From positions 661,584-725,583 of the forward strand of contig OZ242043.1 of the NCBI GenBank assembly GCA_965205185.1: a DNA stretch of 64,000 bases, read 5' to 3'. Under the pieces are notes generated by a model, which worked only from the letters and a program-made list of their open reading frames with translations, was not told the origin of the DNA and ran no database searches. This document shows positions 62,209-64,000 of the stretch, piece after piece (position 1 is the first letter of the stretch; every line of letters begins with the position of its first letter). Both the position numbers and the translations under genes were made by a program. The stretch is from Dehalococcoidia bacterium (GTDB lineage: Bacteria; Chloroflexota; Dehalococcoidia; Lucifugimonadales; UBA3495).

Positions 62209-63384
62209 GTGGGCGGGCTACAATGGGGGTATCCGATTCCCGCGGGGCGGTTAGGGGCGGGGATAGCGTTGCGCCATATTATTCACGCCGATTTGGATGC
62301 GTTTTACGCCGCGGTCGAGCAGTTGGATCGCCCGGAACTGCGGGGCAAGCCGGTGCTGGTGGGCGGGCGGCCGGAAAACCGGGGGGTGGTGGCTACGGCG
62401 TCTTATGAGGCGCGGCCTTTCGGGGTGCGGTCGGCGATGCCGATGCGGACGGCGGCGCGGTTGTGTCCGCAGGGGATTATCGTGGCGCCGCGGTTCACGC
62501 GCTACCGGGAGATGTCGCGGCGGGTGATGGACATTTTCCGCAGCTATACCGAGATCGTGGAGCCGCTGTCTTTGGATGAGGCGTATTTGGACATTAGCGC
62601 GGCGGTGAATGAGGGGGAGGGGCGGTGGCCGCTGGGGGTGGCGCTGGGGCTGAAGCGGCGGGTGAAAGAGGAGACCGGGTTGACGGTATCGGTGGGGGTT
62701 AGCGTCAGCAAGTCGGTTGCCAAGATCGCGTCGGATTGGGACAAGCCGGACGGGCTGGTGGTGGTGCCGCCGGGGGAGGAGGCGGGGTTTTTGGCGCCGC
62801 TGGCGGTGGGCAAGCTGTGGGGGATTGGCCCCAAGACGGCGGAGCGGCTGCTGGCGGAGGGGGTGGATACCATCGGGGCGCTGGCGGCGCAACCGGCGGA
62901 GTGGTTTGTCCGCAATTTCGGGCAGCGGGGGGAAAGCGTGCGGCGGCGGGCGATGGGGGAGGATGATGAGCCGGTGCATACGGAGCGGGCGACTAAGTCG
63001 GTGTCGTCGGAGACTACGTTTCCCAACGACATCAGCGACCGGGGGGAGTTGCGGCGGACGCTGGAGGAGCTGGCCGGGGGGGTGGCGGGGAGTCTGGAGC
63101 GCAAGGGGCTGCGGGGGCGGACGGTGACGGTGAAGATGCGGCTGGCGGATTTCGTCACGTTCAGCCGGCAGACGACGCTGGCGGCGCCGTCTAATGATGC
63201 GGGGCCGATCCGGGACACGGCCTGGCGGTTGCTGTCGGCGGAGTTGACGCGCGGGCGGTCGTTCCGGCTGCTGGGGGTGGGGGTGAGCAATTTCGCGGAG
63301 GCGGATGCGGTGCGGCAGCTTTCGCTTTGGGAGTGGGGGTTGGGGCGTGGGCTGGAGGGTGTTGGGGGGAACTTTGGGGAGTAG
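62209..63384 (+). CDS. dinB: DNA polymerase IV (Y-family)
   Basis: IIHADLDAFYAAVEQ, SYEARPFGV, SLDEAYLD and the HhH motif LWGIGPKTAERL. The more likely start is TTG at 62269 (MRHIIHADLDAFY). Confidence 0.9.
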   Translation: MGGLQWGYPIPAGRLGAGIALRHIIHADLDAFYAAVEQLDRPELRGKPVLVGGRPENRGVVATASYEARPFGVRSAMPMRTAARLCPQGIIVAPRFTRYREMSRRVMDIFRSYTEIVEPLSLDEAYLDISAAVNEGEGRWPLGVALGLKRRVKEETGLTVSVGVSVSKSVAKIASDWDKPDGLVVVPPGEEAGFLAPLAVGKLWGIGPKTAERLLAEGVDTIGALAAQPAEWFVRNFGQRGESVRRRAMGEDDEPVHTERATKSVSSETTFPNDISDRGELRRTLEELAGGVAGSLERKGLRGRTVTVKMRLADFVTFSRQTTLAAPSNDAGPIRDTAWRLLSAELTRGRSFRLLGVGVSNFAEADAVRQLSLWEWGLGRGLEGVGGNFGE

Positions 63385-63389
63385 CGCGA

Positions 63390-63428
63390 AAGCCCGTTGC
63401 GGGGCGTCTTGCTGGCCGCAACGGGCTT
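63390..63428 (+). terminator. hairpin after dinB
   Basis: AAGCCCGTTGCGG-13 nt-CCGCAACGGGCTT starts 6 nt after the stop. A weak T-run (CTCTTTTCC) lies about 10 nt downstream. Confidence 0.5.
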
Positions 63429-63699
63429 GGCGCATCTCTTTTCCACCGCTTGACGCGCGGGGCGTTAGCGATTGGCGGTTTGGGATGCTGGTATTGCCCG
63501 GTTGCCTGGGCTGGGCCAGGCTACGGGGCGATTTTGGTATCCGGTGGTTTCCATACGTTTAGGGCGGCATTATATGCTCCTTGGGGTTAATCGGGTTTGG
63601 CCCCGGTTGGGGTTTCCCGTTGGATGGGTTTTCGGGGTTTCCTTATCGGGGTTTCTGGTTTGGGTTGCCATTGGTTTCCTCTTTGGTTGAATTTTTAAG

Positions 63700-64000
63700 C
63701 AAGCCGCCGCCGGCTGCGGCTTACCCCCGTTCGTCGCCACACCACACCACACCCCCCACGCACACCCCCCACATCCGCCCCGCCTGTCATCCCTTATGTG
63801 ACCGCGCTGGGGATGGAGCCCCGGGAGCCTCCCCCCCGCGGGACATCCTTTGACACGGTCAGGATTCGGGCGGTTCCGCAGGTCATCCTTCGACACGCCC
63901 GGGATGGATCCCCGGAGGCCACCCCCCCGCGGGACATCCTTTGAGCAGGCTCGGGACTAATGCGGGGCGGCCACACCACACCACCACAAGTCCGGACACA
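63700..64000. repeat. C-rich repeat cluster with degenerate family-2-like units
   Basis: CACACCACACCACAC runs are followed by three units of the type GGGACATCCTTTGA..CAGG / CATCCTTCGACACGCCCGGGATGGA. No credible ORF. Confidence 0.6.

Overview
High-GC (about 65-70% by eye) bacterial chromosomal window with about 60 supportable genes. The dispersed repeat families suggest a Chloroflexota-like genome, which is inference only. The ORF track contains many long Pro/Arg/Gly-rich antisense ORFs that are artefacts of GC content, and it also uses alternative start codons, so several starts were re-derived by hand. Housekeeping content: gatC-gatA, rnpB (RNase P RNA), rplU-rpmA, rpmE, dinB, a Fur-family regulator with a metal ABC importer, an MFS transporter, a P450, Rieske oxygenase/ferredoxin/amidase genes, a split ThDP decarboxylase, and two dienelactone hydrolases. 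Accessory and conflict-type content: a DUF499 ATPase / DUF1156 methylase / GIY-YIG module cut by the left edge; rsr (Ro60) with a candidate Y RNA; an MmeI-like type IIG R-M enzyme; tandem Uma2 nucleases; a low-GC RecB-like nuclease island; a decayed small IS with 8-bp target duplication; an ABC-type ATPase + PIN-like pair; two Swt1-like HEPN proteins (one fused to about 26 TPRs, one to TM helices); and a methylase truncated by a MITE. Observations most worth follow-up: (1) an overlapping ATPase + PIN two-gene module as a possible undescribed defence system. (2) An in-frame TGA at the UxxC position of a thioredoxin-NHL protein with a downstream hairpin, making it a selenoprotein candidate. (3) A ZnuA-type binding protein with an AztD-like domain of about 380 aa inserted at the His-loop position. 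(4) rnpB carrying a 135-nt repeat-derived helix between P2 and P4. (5) A sharp inversion of G/C and T/A strand skew at about 14.6-14.95 kb, next to a decayed duplicate of the gatA 3' end. (6) A tRNA-like structured RNA downstream of rsr. No CRISPR array, tRNA or rRNA gene was found.
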